This document shows positions 26,617-36,318 of a DNA stretch of 64,000 nucleotides, in pieces. Source of the DNA: Bacteroidota bacterium (GTDB taxonomy: Bacteria > Bacteroidota > Bacteroidia > Bacteroidales > JADFUO01); the NCBI GenBank assembly GCA_030622635.1, contig JAUXFX010000001.1:306-64305 (forward strand), given 5' to 3'. The notes under the pieces are model-generated. The model ran no database searches and had not been told where the DNA came from. It saw nothing but the letters and a program-made list of their open reading frames with translations. Every line of letters begins with the position of its first letter. Within the stretch, counting starts at the first letter, position 1. Made by a program: the position numbers and the translations under genes.

Positions 26617-26680
26617 TGATCATCTAATTGTTAAAATAATTAAAATAGGTCAAAGAAAAGATATTTACCGGAAAATATAA
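26615..26680 (+). pseudogene. RelE/ParE toxin remnant (C-terminal 21 codons)
   Basis: Manual translation gives DDHLIVKIIKIGQRKDIYRKI*, matching the end of the intact toxin (HDDCLIVKIIKIGQRKDIYRKI). No start codon or N-terminal part remains. Confidence 0.7.
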
Positions 26681-26741
26681 CTAATTTAATAAAACCTTCC
26701 ATTTCTCTCATAGCAAGATAGTAAGAAAGTTGAAATTAAAT

Positions 26742-27764
26742 TCATTTAAAAACATCAAAACGAGTTCCTATCCAGAACCTTATCTGGTTCATGTTGTAAT
26801 TAAAATTTGTTTCTCCTATTTGTACCGGTGAAGCATTGAAGCCAAAAACACCACCAATCCCGACATAGAATTTATCGGAATTGTAACCCAATGCTCCTCT
26901 GCTTAACCATAATAAGGATACTTCCTCGCTTTTGTTAATACCTTCTTCTGTGTCATATTTGTAAGTTTGCAGGAATATACCGGGAATAAATGAATAATTT
27001 ATATAAAAATATTTTAGAAATACCACAGTGTATGAATAACCGGCAGATAAACCATAAGTAAAAAAAACACCTTTTATAATTTGTTCATAAGGATCAATAT
27101 TATATTTATCAATAATTGTCTGTGGAATAATGGATGAATCAGCTGATAATTTTAAATATACAAACGAAGGCATTAATATAATTGAACCTGAACTTTTTTT
27201 CTGCCTTTCGTTTTGGATGTATGATGCCCTGATTGAATGTTTTTTATAATTAAATATGTAATATAAAATAGCACTTGTAGAAAAAATATGCATATCCGGA
27301 CGTTGTGGGTATTTATCACCAGTATTCCAGCTTTGGAAAATATCGTCTGCGTTTTCAATATAAAAGTGTCTGTAATCCTGAAACGATAGTTCGGCAGCAA
27401 TTGCATTTCCATAAGCATTTATACGTAAGTCAATAACCTTACTTTTCCCTTTACTATCGTTTTTATTTGAACTAAAAGGATTCTTAACAGCTAATCCCAA
27501 ACCAAACCATTTGTAAAACCCGGCTATTCCGTTTTTAATATCTATATTGGGTCTATAATTTATTTTTTTTCCAAAATTTGTCGGGTTTATTGTAAAGCAG
27601 ATACTTTCGCTTAATAAATAAAATCTTGCTGTAAGTAAATCTTTATAATCGGCAATATATTCGGGATTAAATTTCGATGATTTTAGTGTATCTTTTTGTG
27701 ATGCAGAAACTATAAAATCGCATAAAATTAAAATCAATAAAATGATATAGCTAAATTGTTTCAT
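26742..27764 (-). CDS. Putative outer-membrane beta-barrel protein (possibly DUF4421-like)
   Basis: 340 aa with a signal peptide, alternating-hydrophobic strands, and a C-terminal aromatic residue (…RFDVFK). The family name is from memory only. Confidence 0.4.
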   Translation of the reverse strand: MKQFSYIILLILILCDFIVSASQKDTLKSSKFNPEYIADYKDLLTARFYLLSESICFTINPTNFGKKINYRPNIDIKNGIAGFYKWFGLGLAVKNPFSSNKNDSKGKSKVIDLRINAYGNAIAAELSFQDYRHFYIENADDIFQSWNTGDKYPQRPDMHIFSTSAILYYIFNYKKHSIRASYIQNERQKKSSGSIILMPSFVYLKLSADSSIIPQTIIDKYNIDPYEQIIKGVFFTYGLSAGYSYTVVFLKYFYINYSFIPGIFLQTYKYDTEEGINKSEEVSLLWLSRGALGYNSDKFYVGIGGVFGFNASPVQIGETNFNYNMNQIRFWIGTRFDVFK

Positions 27765-27801
27765 CTGTTTATATTTATTAAAAAATAATCATTCCCCAGT
27801 G

Positions 27802-27828
27802 TGAACCGACGGGTAACCCGTCGGTTCA
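27802..27828. terminator. Perfect 27-nt GC-rich palindrome
   Basis: tgaaccgacgggt-a-acccgtcggttca. It is downstream of the minus-strand bactofilin/AtpZ/membrane gene set. Confidence 0.45.
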
Positions 27829-27979
27829 TGTTCGTTTCATGTAAATTCCTTAAAAGCAATAAATTTCTTAATGCAAATATAATATTATCCTGTAATCACG
27901 AAATTTCGGGATTGATTTTTTAGCAAAGTATTGGTTTTTTGATTATCACTTAAGCTAATTTGTTTGTAGCTATGCTACG

Positions 27980-28372
27980 CTAAGTTGTTTTTCGGGTTTT
28001 TGAATATGAAAGTATGGATATTACTTCAAAAACAGTGTAAAAAATATATAAGATAAAAAATGTAATTATAAATGGAATTGCATCGGATCTGTTCAGAAGA
28101 ACATAAATTAATAACACTGCTATGTAAAGCATAAGTTTTAAAAAAGTTGCAAGCATAAAGTAGGTTGTAAACTTGCTGAATCTTTTTTCAGATGCTTTTA
28201 ATAAAACATAATGAACTACAAGTGTTACGGAAAGAAAAAATAAAAACAAGTATGGCAGTGCCGGAGTGATAGATTCGTAAGGTAAAAAATATCCGACAAT
28301 AAAACATATCAGTGCAAAAGCAACTGAAAAAATTATTATTCTTTTTAAAAAGTTGAGATAAACAGACTTCAT
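27980..28372 (-). CDS. Hypothetical 4-TM membrane protein
   Basis: 130 aa with four hydrophobic helices. Its position after the AtpZ-like gene resembles the small membrane ORF that precedes atpB in many Bacteroidota (from memory). Confidence 0.4.
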   Translation of the reverse strand: MKSVYLNFLKRIIIFSVAFALICFIVGYFLPYESITPALPYLFLFFLSVTLVVHYVLLKASEKRFSKFTTYFMLATFLKLMLYIAVLLIYVLLNRSDAIPFIITFFILYIFYTVFEVISILSYSKTRKTT

Positions 28373-28404
28373 TGCTCATTAATATTAGTTTTATATCAAA
28401 TTAG

Positions 28405-28626
28405 TTATTTCTTTTTTATAAGGTCTTTAATAACATAATAAATAGCTAAAATTACTGATAAAATAGCTAAAACAACTGTAAAAACAGGGAATTCCAATTT
28501 AATCAGTTTATCAAGTTCAATACCGCCAAATACACCAACGAGTATTATCACCAGCATTTGCACAGCGATAGTAGAATATCTGGCATAACTATCAAATGCT
28601 TTTTTCTTTGATTTTAGGTCCTTCAT
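28405..28626 (-). CDS. AtpZ/AtpI-family small membrane protein
   Basis: 73 aa. YARYSTIAVQMLVIILVGVFGGIELDK plus a second TM is the typical AtpZ pattern. Confidence 0.6.
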   Translation of the reverse strand: MKDLKSKKKAFDSYARYSTIAVQMLVIILVGVFGGIELDKLIKLEFPVFTVVLAILSVILAIYYVIKDLIKKK

Positions 28627-28999
28627 TTTTTAAAGGGAATTTATTATCTGATAATTTTGTTTCCCCCATATTACACGAACCGGAAAATTTTGCTCCTGGC
28701 TCAATTGCAAGTTTACCTGTTGTAACTTCCCCTGAAAATTTAGCCGAAGCTTTTAAAGAAAGTAGCTCAGCTACAGTTACATTTGCTTTTACCTTTCCTG
28801 AAATGTCGGCATTCTGGCATTTGATCTCTCCCTCAACATTTCCTGTAGAACCAACAACCACCTTGCCTTTTGAACTTATTGAACCTATTAAAGTACCATC
28901 AATTCTAAAATCACCGTTTGATTCAATATCACCTTTTACGGTAGTGTCGGCACCGAGTAAATTTCTGGAAGCGGTTTCATTAATATTATTTTTAGCCAT
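28592..28999 (-). CDS. Bactofilin (polymer-forming cytoskeletal protein)
   Basis: 135 aa. It has repetitive beta-helix motifs: VKGDIESNGDFRIDGTLIGSISSKGKVVVGSTGNVEGEI... Confidence 0.85.
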   Translation of the reverse strand: MAKNNINETASRNLLGADTTVKGDIESNGDFRIDGTLIGSISSKGKVVVGSTGNVEGEIKCQNADISGKVKANVTVAELLSLKASAKFSGEVTTGKLAIEPGAKFSGSCNMGETKLSDNKFPLKNEGPKIKEKSI

Positions 29000-29018
29000 T
29001 TTATTAAGTGTTTATATG

Positions 29019-31652
29019 TTATTTTTTTAAATAGTTTTTTTCAAAGAACTTTGAATATTGCTTTGTATCCTTATTTTTATAAAATACAGGATAATTCTCA
29101 GTAGATATCACAAAATTTTTATAATCAACAGGTGTAAGACTAGAAAAAACATATTCGTCTTTTGAGATTGTATTAAAGTAACCCATGGCATATTCCATAT
29201 TTCCAAAATTACCTACTGTTATCATATGCCTGTTTTTATCCAACAAAATACTGTTAATTGTCAGCTTTTCAAGTCTGTAGTATTTTTTATTAAAATCTGA
29301 TATTTTTACTTTTAATGCATTCAAATTTACAGATTTTTCTTTTACAATAAGCATATAAAAGAAAATTGCATTAGGATCATAAATATAAGGTGAAATAAAA
29401 TCAGCATCTTTACCCGATACTTCCAAACTATCCATGCCTGACACGGATGATTCACCTGATAAGTGGTCAAGAATATCTTGCGCCAAAGGTTTTACTTCAC
29501 TTTGAGGGTATTTTTTTATAAGCTGTTTTAAAGCTGTTTGTAACGAATCAACAACCTCAATTTTTCCGATTGACAATGCTCGCAGGAACTCAAATTTTGG
29601 CATTAATGCAGTATCGCTATATGTTGACATTGCTTTGTCGGAATAATTAATAACCATATAATACTGCTCATTAGTAAAAGCTTCATAGGTGTTTTTATAC
29701 AAAGCAGCAGCAAGATCATGTTGTGCATACATGGTTTTATAATAATCCGGATCCTGAATAACTTTTGCATAATCACTTTCGGGATATTTATTAATTATCA
29801 GGTTTTTGTAAAAATCAATCTTTTCCTGATCACCTTCCTCAGTATAAAGTTTATATAAACTATAATAAGCTTTCAATTGATATTTATTTTGCGGAAAGCG
29901 ATTAAGCAGTTCCTCAAACGATTCAATGGATTTTTTATCATCTTCTAATCCTTCTTTGTACAGTCCACCTAAATTAAATAATGCATCAATAATTTTATCA
30001 TTGGAGATTTTAATTTCTTCCTCAGTAAAAGGAATATTTTGTAGATAAAACTCTCTGTCTTTTGGATTTGTTGAAACGATTTCAGCACTATCAACTCCTA
30101 AGCTATCCGCTACAATTTCTTCCGGCTCATCAAAACCAAACGATATAGTTTGCTTATTGCTTAACCTCCAGTTATCTTCTAATTTTCTGTTACCCCAATT
30201 TTTCACAAATTCCGTATAACCGGAACTAAGCATTTGTTGGTTGTAAAAATACCATGCTCCGGTCCTGCTGTCTTGTGTAAAGTCAGTTTGGCCCGATGAT
30301 CCTCTATCTTGTTGTGCTAATAATTCCTGTTCTATTCTTTCTTCTTCATCTTTAATATATTTTTCAATGATATTATCAACAATAGCATTTCTGTCATCTT
30401 CCGACAGGCTGGCAAGATATTGCAAACTGTCTTCAAGCTGAATGACTGATAAGTTTGTAACCAAAGATGATAGTGTTAGTGCTTTGTTTCGTATTACTTC
30501 ATAATTGGGAAAGTCTTCGGGCAATGATTGCATTGCAGTGTCGTAATATGCCTGAGCATTCTCATATTCGGGAATTATAAAATAAATATCAGCAAGTTTT
30601 AATGATGATGTTACTTTTTGATAAGCATTGTTAGAACTTGAACTAACTGATAATTTTAAATAATTTATACCTAATGTATCATTGCCATCTTTAAGGGCAA
30701 TCTCAGCCAATGCATAATAAATCTGGTCTTTATATTCCTTATTTTTAACATCTTTAAGCATTTTTGTTAGTGTTTTATTAATCTGCTTACTATCACCTGA
30801 TGCTGCATCATAAGTTTTGGCTAAATTAATTTTTGCCTGAAAAGCCATTTCATAAGGAGGGTTTCGTTTAATAACCTGTGAATATAATTCCGAAGCTTGA
30901 GTGAGATGATTTTCCTTTTGATAAATCTGGGCGAGGATAAATTTAAGCCTTGTAATAAGTTGTTTGTTTGAATTTAATTCAATGCTCCTGTATAAAAAAT
31001 TTATTGCAGGGTCATATTTTTCCTGAAGTATGTAATAATTTGCAAATATTAATGGGAACTTTTTCAAAAATTTAGGTTTAATAAATTCTTTTTCCTCTTT
31101 ACTTTGAAATGAGTTAAGCAATGCCTCTGATTTTTCAAATTCACCCATTTGATTGTATGTTTGAGCCAACCACAACATTGCATCATACTTAATATCATTT
31201 TTGCTATATTCTTTAATCACAAAATTGAAGGTTCTGCGGGCACCAATATATTCCTGCTTATAAAAGTATGCTTTTCCGATAAGCATATAGCTGTCGTCAA
31301 TCCATCTGCAATATTCCTTATCGCCAAAATGCATTGAGTGACGCTGAATAACTATTGAGGCTTTTTCTATTGCCCTGTCCATATATGGATTTAGTGTTTT
31401 TGCATTAGGATCTGTTCCATAGTTAAAAACAGGAAGGATTTTATTGTAATCATCAACAACAATTTTTTTCAGCTCAGTTTTTCCTTCTTTATAACTTTCA
31501 TTACCATTCCAGTAACAGTTATAATGGGATGTTAAATTATGGTAAATTCTTCGTGTAAAACTATTTTTTTTTGTTGAGCATGAAAACAAAATAATCAACA
31601 CAAAAAAAGCTGCTGTTATGCTAATAAATTTATATATTTTTTTTATTACCAA
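29019..31652 (-). CDS. sprE: TPR-repeat lipoprotein, PorW/SprE-like type IX secretion component
   Basis: 877 aa. The lipobox FSCSTKKNSFTRRIYHNLTSHYNCYWNGN resembles the SprE/PorW N-terminus as I recall it. TPR-like repeats run throughout. Confidence 0.65.
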   Translation of the reverse strand: MVIKKIYKFISITAAFFVLIILFSCSTKKNSFTRRIYHNLTSHYNCYWNGNESYKEGKTELKKIVVDDYNKILPVFNYGTDPNAKTLNPYMDRAIEKASIVIQRHSMHFGDKEYCRWIDDSYMLIGKAYFYKQEYIGARRTFNFVIKEYSKNDIKYDAMLWLAQTYNQMGEFEKSEALLNSFQSKEEKEFIKPKFLKKFPLIFANYYILQEKYDPAINFLYRSIELNSNKQLITRLKFILAQIYQKENHLTQASELYSQVIKRNPPYEMAFQAKINLAKTYDAASGDSKQINKTLTKMLKDVKNKEYKDQIYYALAEIALKDGNDTLGINYLKLSVSSSSNNAYQKVTSSLKLADIYFIIPEYENAQAYYDTAMQSLPEDFPNYEVIRNKALTLSSLVTNLSVIQLEDSLQYLASLSEDDRNAIVDNIIEKYIKDEEERIEQELLAQQDRGSSGQTDFTQDSRTGAWYFYNQQMLSSGYTEFVKNWGNRKLEDNWRLSNKQTISFGFDEPEEIVADSLGVDSAEIVSTNPKDREFYLQNIPFTEEEIKISNDKIIDALFNLGGLYKEGLEDDKKSIESFEELLNRFPQNKYQLKAYYSLYKLYTEEGDQEKIDFYKNLIINKYPESDYAKVIQDPDYYKTMYAQHDLAAALYKNTYEAFTNEQYYMVINYSDKAMSTYSDTALMPKFEFLRALSIGKIEVVDSLQTALKQLIKKYPQSEVKPLAQDILDHLSGESSVSGMDSLEVSGKDADFISPYIYDPNAIFFYMLIVKEKSVNLNALKVKISDFNKKYYRLEKLTINSILLDKNRHMITVGNFGNMEYAMGYFNTISKDEYVFSSLTPVDYKNFVISTENYPVFYKNKDTKQYSKFFEKNYLKK

Positions 31653-31771
31653 GGTGCTGAAGATTTATGCTTTATTAACTTTGATTTTACAAAATTATTT
31701 TATTTTTTTAAAATACCTGAAAAATTTAGGTTTTGTTTGTAGATTTGCAGGCTGAAAAATTTATTGAACAG

Positions 31772-32650
31772 ATGCCACGTAAAAAAAGTAAGAATAAATG
31801 GTATTATAAATTAAGAGATAAATACCGGCTGATTATTTTAGATGATGAAACTTTTGAAGAAAGGGTATCATTCAGGTTATCACGTTTAAATGTTTTCATT
31901 ACCTTAGGTACTCTTTCAATTTTTTTGATATTTTTAACAACAATCATAATTGCTTTTACTCCTTTGCGGGAATATATTCCGGGTTATATGGATGTTACTC
32001 TGCCTAAAAGAATATATTTTCTACAGCAAAAAGTCGATTCTTTAGAAAGGGATTTTAATCAAAAAAATCTATATATTCATAACATTAAAAATATTATTGA
32101 AGGTAAAGAGATTGTTGATTTTATTCCTGAAGAACCGCAAACAAATATAAATTACGATACAATATCTTTAAGAAGATCAATTGAAGATTCATTACTTAGA
32201 GCTGAATTTGAAAACCAGGTTCAATATAATCTTTATTTTAATGAATATGAAGATTTATATGGAGATAATCGTACAATGGGGAGTTTTGTGTTTTTTACAC
32301 CAATGAAAGGTATCATTACAAAAGAATTTAACCCTGGCGAGAAACATTATGGTATTGACATAGTTGCAAAACGAAATGAAACAGTAAAAGCCATTCTGGA
32401 CGGCACTGTTATATTTTCAGGCTGGACAGTGGCAACAGGTTATATTATAGGGATTCAACATCAGCGAAATATTATATCAATTTATAAACATAATGCAGCT
32501 TTATTGAAAAAAGAAGGGAATTTTGTTAAAGCCGGTGAACCGATAGCAATAGTTGGCGAATCGGGTGAATTAACTACAGGTCCGCACCTGCATTTTGAAT
32601 TGTGGTATAATGGAACACCGGTAAATCCCTTGGATTACATGACATTTTGA
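31772..32650 (+). CDS. M23 family metallopeptidase
   Basis: It has HYGIDI, an N-terminal TM, and GPHLHFELWYNGTPVNP. I prefer ATG 31772 to the TTG at 31733. Confidence 0.85.
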   Translation: MPRKKSKNKWYYKLRDKYRLIILDDETFEERVSFRLSRLNVFITLGTLSIFLIFLTTIIIAFTPLREYIPGYMDVTLPKRIYFLQQKVDSLERDFNQKNLYIHNIKNIIEGKEIVDFIPEEPQTNINYDTISLRRSIEDSLLRAEFENQVQYNLYFNEYEDLYGDNRTMGSFVFFTPMKGIITKEFNPGEKHYGIDIVAKRNETVKAILDGTVIFSGWTVATGYIIGIQHQRNIISIYKHNAALLKKEGNFVKAGEPIAIVGESGELTTGPHLHFELWYNGTPVNPLDYMTF

Positions 32651-32660
32651 TGATTATAAA

Positions 32661-33812
32661 ATGAAAAAACGAATTGCAATATTAGGTTCAACAGGCTCAA
32701 TAGGCACACAAGCACTGGAAGTTATCAATCAACATCCTGAAAATTTTGAACTTGAAGTAATTACTGCTCATTCAAATGCAAACCTGCTTGTTGAACAGGC
32801 AATTAAGTTCAAACCTAATGCTGTTGTTATTGCCAACGATAAATTTTATAATAAAGTTTATAATGCTTTAAATACTTATGATATTAAGGTTTTTAGTGGT
32901 AATGAATCTATATCTCAAATAATTGAAATGGATTCTATTGATCTTGTTTTGATTGCATTGGTAGGTTATGCGGGATTAAAGCCCACATTAAAAGCAATTG
33001 AAAAAGGAAAACAGATTGCCCTGGCAAATAAAGAATCGTTGGTTGTTGCCGGAAAACTTATTACTGAATCAGCTAAAAAAAATGGAGTAAATATTATTCC
33101 TGTTGATTCCGAACATTCGGCAATTTTTCAATGCCTTGCCGGAGAATCTTTTAATCCTATTGAAAAAATTTACTTGACAGCTTCGGGTGGACCATTCAGA
33201 GGAAAAGAAAATAAATTCTTAAAAAATGTTAAAAAAGAACAAGCCCTGAAACATCCAAACTGGAAAATGGGAAATAAGATAACCATTGATTCTGCAAGCT
33301 TAATGAACAAGGGTTTGGAAGTTATTGAAGCCCATTGGTTATTTGATTTAAAGCCCGAACAAATTGAGGTAATTATTCATCCCCAGTCAATTATACATTC
33401 AATTGTTCAGTTTTGTGATGGTTCAATGAAAGCCCAGATGGGATTACCAGATATGAAACTACCGATTCAATATGCTTTATTTTTCCCGTTTAGAATAAAA
33501 TCCGATTTTCCTCGTTTTAGTTTTTTTAATTATCCCGAATTAACCTTTGAAGCACCCGATTTAAAAATTTTTCGTAATCTTGCACTCGCTTTTGAGGCTG
33601 TAAAAATGGGTGGCAACATACCCTGCATTTTGAATGCTGCTAATGAAGTTGTTGTTGAAGCATTTTTAAATGATAAAATCGGGTTTCTTAAAATGCCGGA
33701 TGTAATTGAAAAATGTATGCAAACAATCAATTTCATTAAAGACCCGTCGTACGAGGATTATGTTTTTACTGATAATGAAACAAGAATAAAAGCATTAAGT
33801 TATATACGTTAA
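32661..33812 (+). CDS. dxr: 1-deoxy-D-xylulose-5-phosphate reductoisomerase
   Basis: 383 aa. It has GSTGSIGTQAL, LANKESLV and HPNWKMG. Confidence 0.93.
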   Translation: MKKRIAILGSTGSIGTQALEVINQHPENFELEVITAHSNANLLVEQAIKFKPNAVVIANDKFYNKVYNALNTYDIKVFSGNESISQIIEMDSIDLVLIALVGYAGLKPTLKAIEKGKQIALANKESLVVAGKLITESAKKNGVNIIPVDSEHSAIFQCLAGESFNPIEKIYLTASGGPFRGKENKFLKNVKKEQALKHPNWKMGNKITIDSASLMNKGLEVIEAHWLFDLKPEQIEVIIHPQSIIHSIVQFCDGSMKAQMGLPDMKLPIQYALFFPFRIKSDFPRFSFFNYPELTFEAPDLKIFRNLALAFEAVKMGGNIPCILNAANEVVVEAFLNDKIGFLKMPDVIEKCMQTINFIKDPSYEDYVFTDNETRIKALSYIR

Positions 33813-33821
33813 ATTTCTAAT

Positions 33822-35147
33822 ATGGATATTTTTATCAAAATCATACAATTATTATTAAGTCTTTCAATACTTGTGATTTTTCACGAGATGGGGCATTTTG
33901 TAGCTGCAAAGATTTTTAAAACACGTGTAGAAAAATTTTATCTCTTTTTTAATCCATGGTTTTCAATATTTAAATTTAAGAAAAATTATACCGAGTACGG
34001 CTTGGGCTGGCTGCCCTTAGGCGGTTATGTAAAAATTTCAGGGATGATTGATGAATCTTTGGATAAGAAGCAATTAAAAAAGCCACCGCAACCATGGGAA
34101 TTTCGCTCGAAACCGGCATGGCAAAGACTGATAATTATGCTTGGCGGAGTAACGGTTAATGTTTTACTCGCAATTGCCATATATATAATTATACTTTTTA
34201 CCTGGGGCGAACAATATCTCCCAACCACAGAAGCAAATAAATACGGTATTGTTTGTGATTCGCTTGCCATGGAAATGGGCTTACAAAATGGTGATAAAAT
34301 TATTACAATTGACAACGAGCCTGTTGAAGATTTTTTAAAAATCCCTTTGAAATTAATTCTTGATGAAGGAAAAACAATACAAATAACCAGGAATGGTATA
34401 CCAATGGAAATTCAAGTCCCTCAAGGATTTATTGGTAAACTCATAAAACATAAATCACCCGATTTTATTTTTATCAGATTCCCTTTTGAAGTTGGTGATT
34501 TCAGAAAAGGCTCACCCGCAAAAGAAGCAGGACTGATAATTGATGACAAGATCATTGGATTGAATGATAAATCAATGATTTATTTTGATGAATTTTATAA
34601 TGAAATTCAAAAACATAAAAATGAAGAAATATCTGTTTTGGTTCTAAGAAATTCCGATACATTAAATATAAATGTAAATGTTCCTGAAGAGGGTTTAATA
34701 GGAGTATATCCCAAATCGCTTGATAATTACTTTACATACAACGAAATAAATTATTCTTTTTTTGAAGCTATACCGGCCGGTATAATTAAAGCTTATGATG
34801 GAATTGGTAGTTATCTCAAACAATTAAAATTGTTATTTTCATCCGAAGTCAAAGCCTATGAATCAATCGGCGGATTTATTACCATTGGTAGTATTTTCCC
34901 TTCAACATGGGATTGGGAGCATTTCTGGAAACTAACAGCTTTCTTATCAATAATGTTAGCTATTCTTAATTTATTGCCTATTCCTGCTTTAGATGGAGGT
35001 CATGTATTGTTCTTACTTTATGAGATTATTTCCCGCAGAAAACCCAGTGATAAATTTATGGAATATGCCCAAATTGTTGGAATGGTAATTTTATTCAGTT
35101 TGCTGATTTTTGCTAATGGGAATGATATTATTAAACTTTTTAAATAA
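33822..35147 (+). CDS. rseP: RIP metalloprotease RseP (site-2 protease, M50)
   Basis: 441 aa. It has HEMGHF, PDZ-like middle region(s), and a NLLPIPALDGGH motif. Confidence 0.9.
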   Translation: MDIFIKIIQLLLSLSILVIFHEMGHFVAAKIFKTRVEKFYLFFNPWFSIFKFKKNYTEYGLGWLPLGGYVKISGMIDESLDKKQLKKPPQPWEFRSKPAWQRLIIMLGGVTVNVLLAIAIYIIILFTWGEQYLPTTEANKYGIVCDSLAMEMGLQNGDKIITIDNEPVEDFLKIPLKLILDEGKTIQITRNGIPMEIQVPQGFIGKLIKHKSPDFIFIRFPFEVGDFRKGSPAKEAGLIIDDKIIGLNDKSMIYFDEFYNEIQKHKNEEISVLVLRNSDTLNINVNVPEEGLIGVYPKSLDNYFTYNEINYSFFEAIPAGIIKAYDGIGSYLKQLKLLFSSEVKAYESIGGFITIGSIFPSTWDWEHFWKLTAFLSIMLAILNLLPIPALDGGHVLFLLYEIISRRKPSDKFMEYAQIVGMVILFSLLIFANGNDIIKLFK

Positions 35148-35180
35148 ATATATCATTATAGGGTCTATTTAAAATATTGT

Positions 35181-36074
35181 TCAATCAGCTACCTTATCCT
35201 TTAACGATTTAAAACCGTTGCCTATAATTTCATTCGCATTAATCACTGTCATGAATGCTTTTGGGTCTACCTTATTAATAAAATCCTGAAGCATAGCTAA
35301 CTCACGCCTGTTAACAACAGCAAAAATCAATGTTTTTTCAGCATTGTTGTACATGCCGTTTCCGTGTATATAAGTACCTCCGCGATTCAAATCATTAATA
35401 ATTTTATTTCGTATTTCTTCATACTTATCAGAAATTATGAATAATGTTTTATCATAACTTATACCTTCCAATACAACATCGATTACTTTGCCTGTAATAA
35501 AAATCACTATTAAAGAATATAACGGGATTTTCCAATCTCTGAAAGCAACTAATCCAACCAAAACAATTGCCGAATCAACATAGATCATTAATTGACCCAA
35601 AGGGATTTTTGTATATTTACCGATTATCATAGCAATAATATCGGATCCACCTGAAGTAGCCTTTGCTTTAAAAATCAAACCGAGTCCCAAGCCTACAAAA
35701 ACACCTCCGAAAATTGAAGAAAGCAAAGCATCGCCTTCAACTAATGGTGCATTACCCCAAAAGTATGTTAATCCATCTACAAAAAAGGCAGTAAGAACAA
35801 AACCTACAACCGTTTTTACACCAAACCTCGGCCCCAATACTTTTATACCAATAATTGTTAATGGAATATCAAATGCCAATGCAGTCATACCTATCGGAGT
35901 ATCAATCAAATAATGCAAAACTATAGATATCCCATATACTCCTCCCGGTATTATTTTATAAGGAGCAATAAATAATACAAATCCTGAAGCAAGTATAAAT
36001 GATCCAAATAAAATTAAACTGTAATTTAAAAACCATTTCTTTGAAAAAAGTTTTTCCTTTTGAATGAATGCCAT
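35181..36074 (-). CDS. YitT-family membrane protein (DUF2179 C-terminal domain)
   Basis: 297 aa with 5-6 TM helices plus a soluble C-terminal domain typical of YitT. Confidence 0.75.
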   Translation of the reverse strand: MAFIQKEKLFSKKWFLNYSLILFGSFILASGFVLFIAPYKIIPGGVYGISIVLHYLIDTPIGMTALAFDIPLTIIGIKVLGPRFGVKTVVGFVLTAFFVDGLTYFWGNAPLVEGDALLSSIFGGVFVGLGLGLIFKAKATSGGSDIIAMIIGKYTKIPLGQLMIYVDSAIVLVGLVAFRDWKIPLYSLIVIFITGKVIDVVLEGISYDKTLFIISDKYEEIRNKIINDLNRGGTYIHGNGMYNNAEKTLIFAVVNRRELAMLQDFINKVDPKAFMTVINANEIIGNGFKSLKDKVAD

Positions 36075-36318
36075 AACTTAATAAGATTTTAAGTGTTAAA
36101 AAATGGCTGCAAAAGTAATTAGTTTTATAATATTAAAAAGAAAAAATAAAATATTTTCAACACTATTACGTTTTTGCAACAAATTGATTTTGGTGGGTTT
36201 AAACTAAATATTTGAAAAATAATTCTAATAAAACAAGTTTTATTTTTAAACTTTTGTCTTAAAGAAAAATATTTTTACTATTTTAGCCCTTCTTATAAAC
36301 ATATTGTATATCTATTTA

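Larger units (their letters stand above)
26241..26709. repeat. Direct repeat copy 2: antitoxin retained, toxin internally deleted
   Basis: Collinear with 18107-18790, minus about 21 nt near the 5' end and about 195 nt covering toxin codons 1 to about 64. Confidence 0.85.

Noticed and set aside
28596-29030. 144-aa plus-strand ORF
   Set aside because: It is exactly antisense to the well-supported bactofilin gene (28592-28999). It is a mirror ORF produced by the repetitive beta-helix codon pattern and has no start context or motifs.
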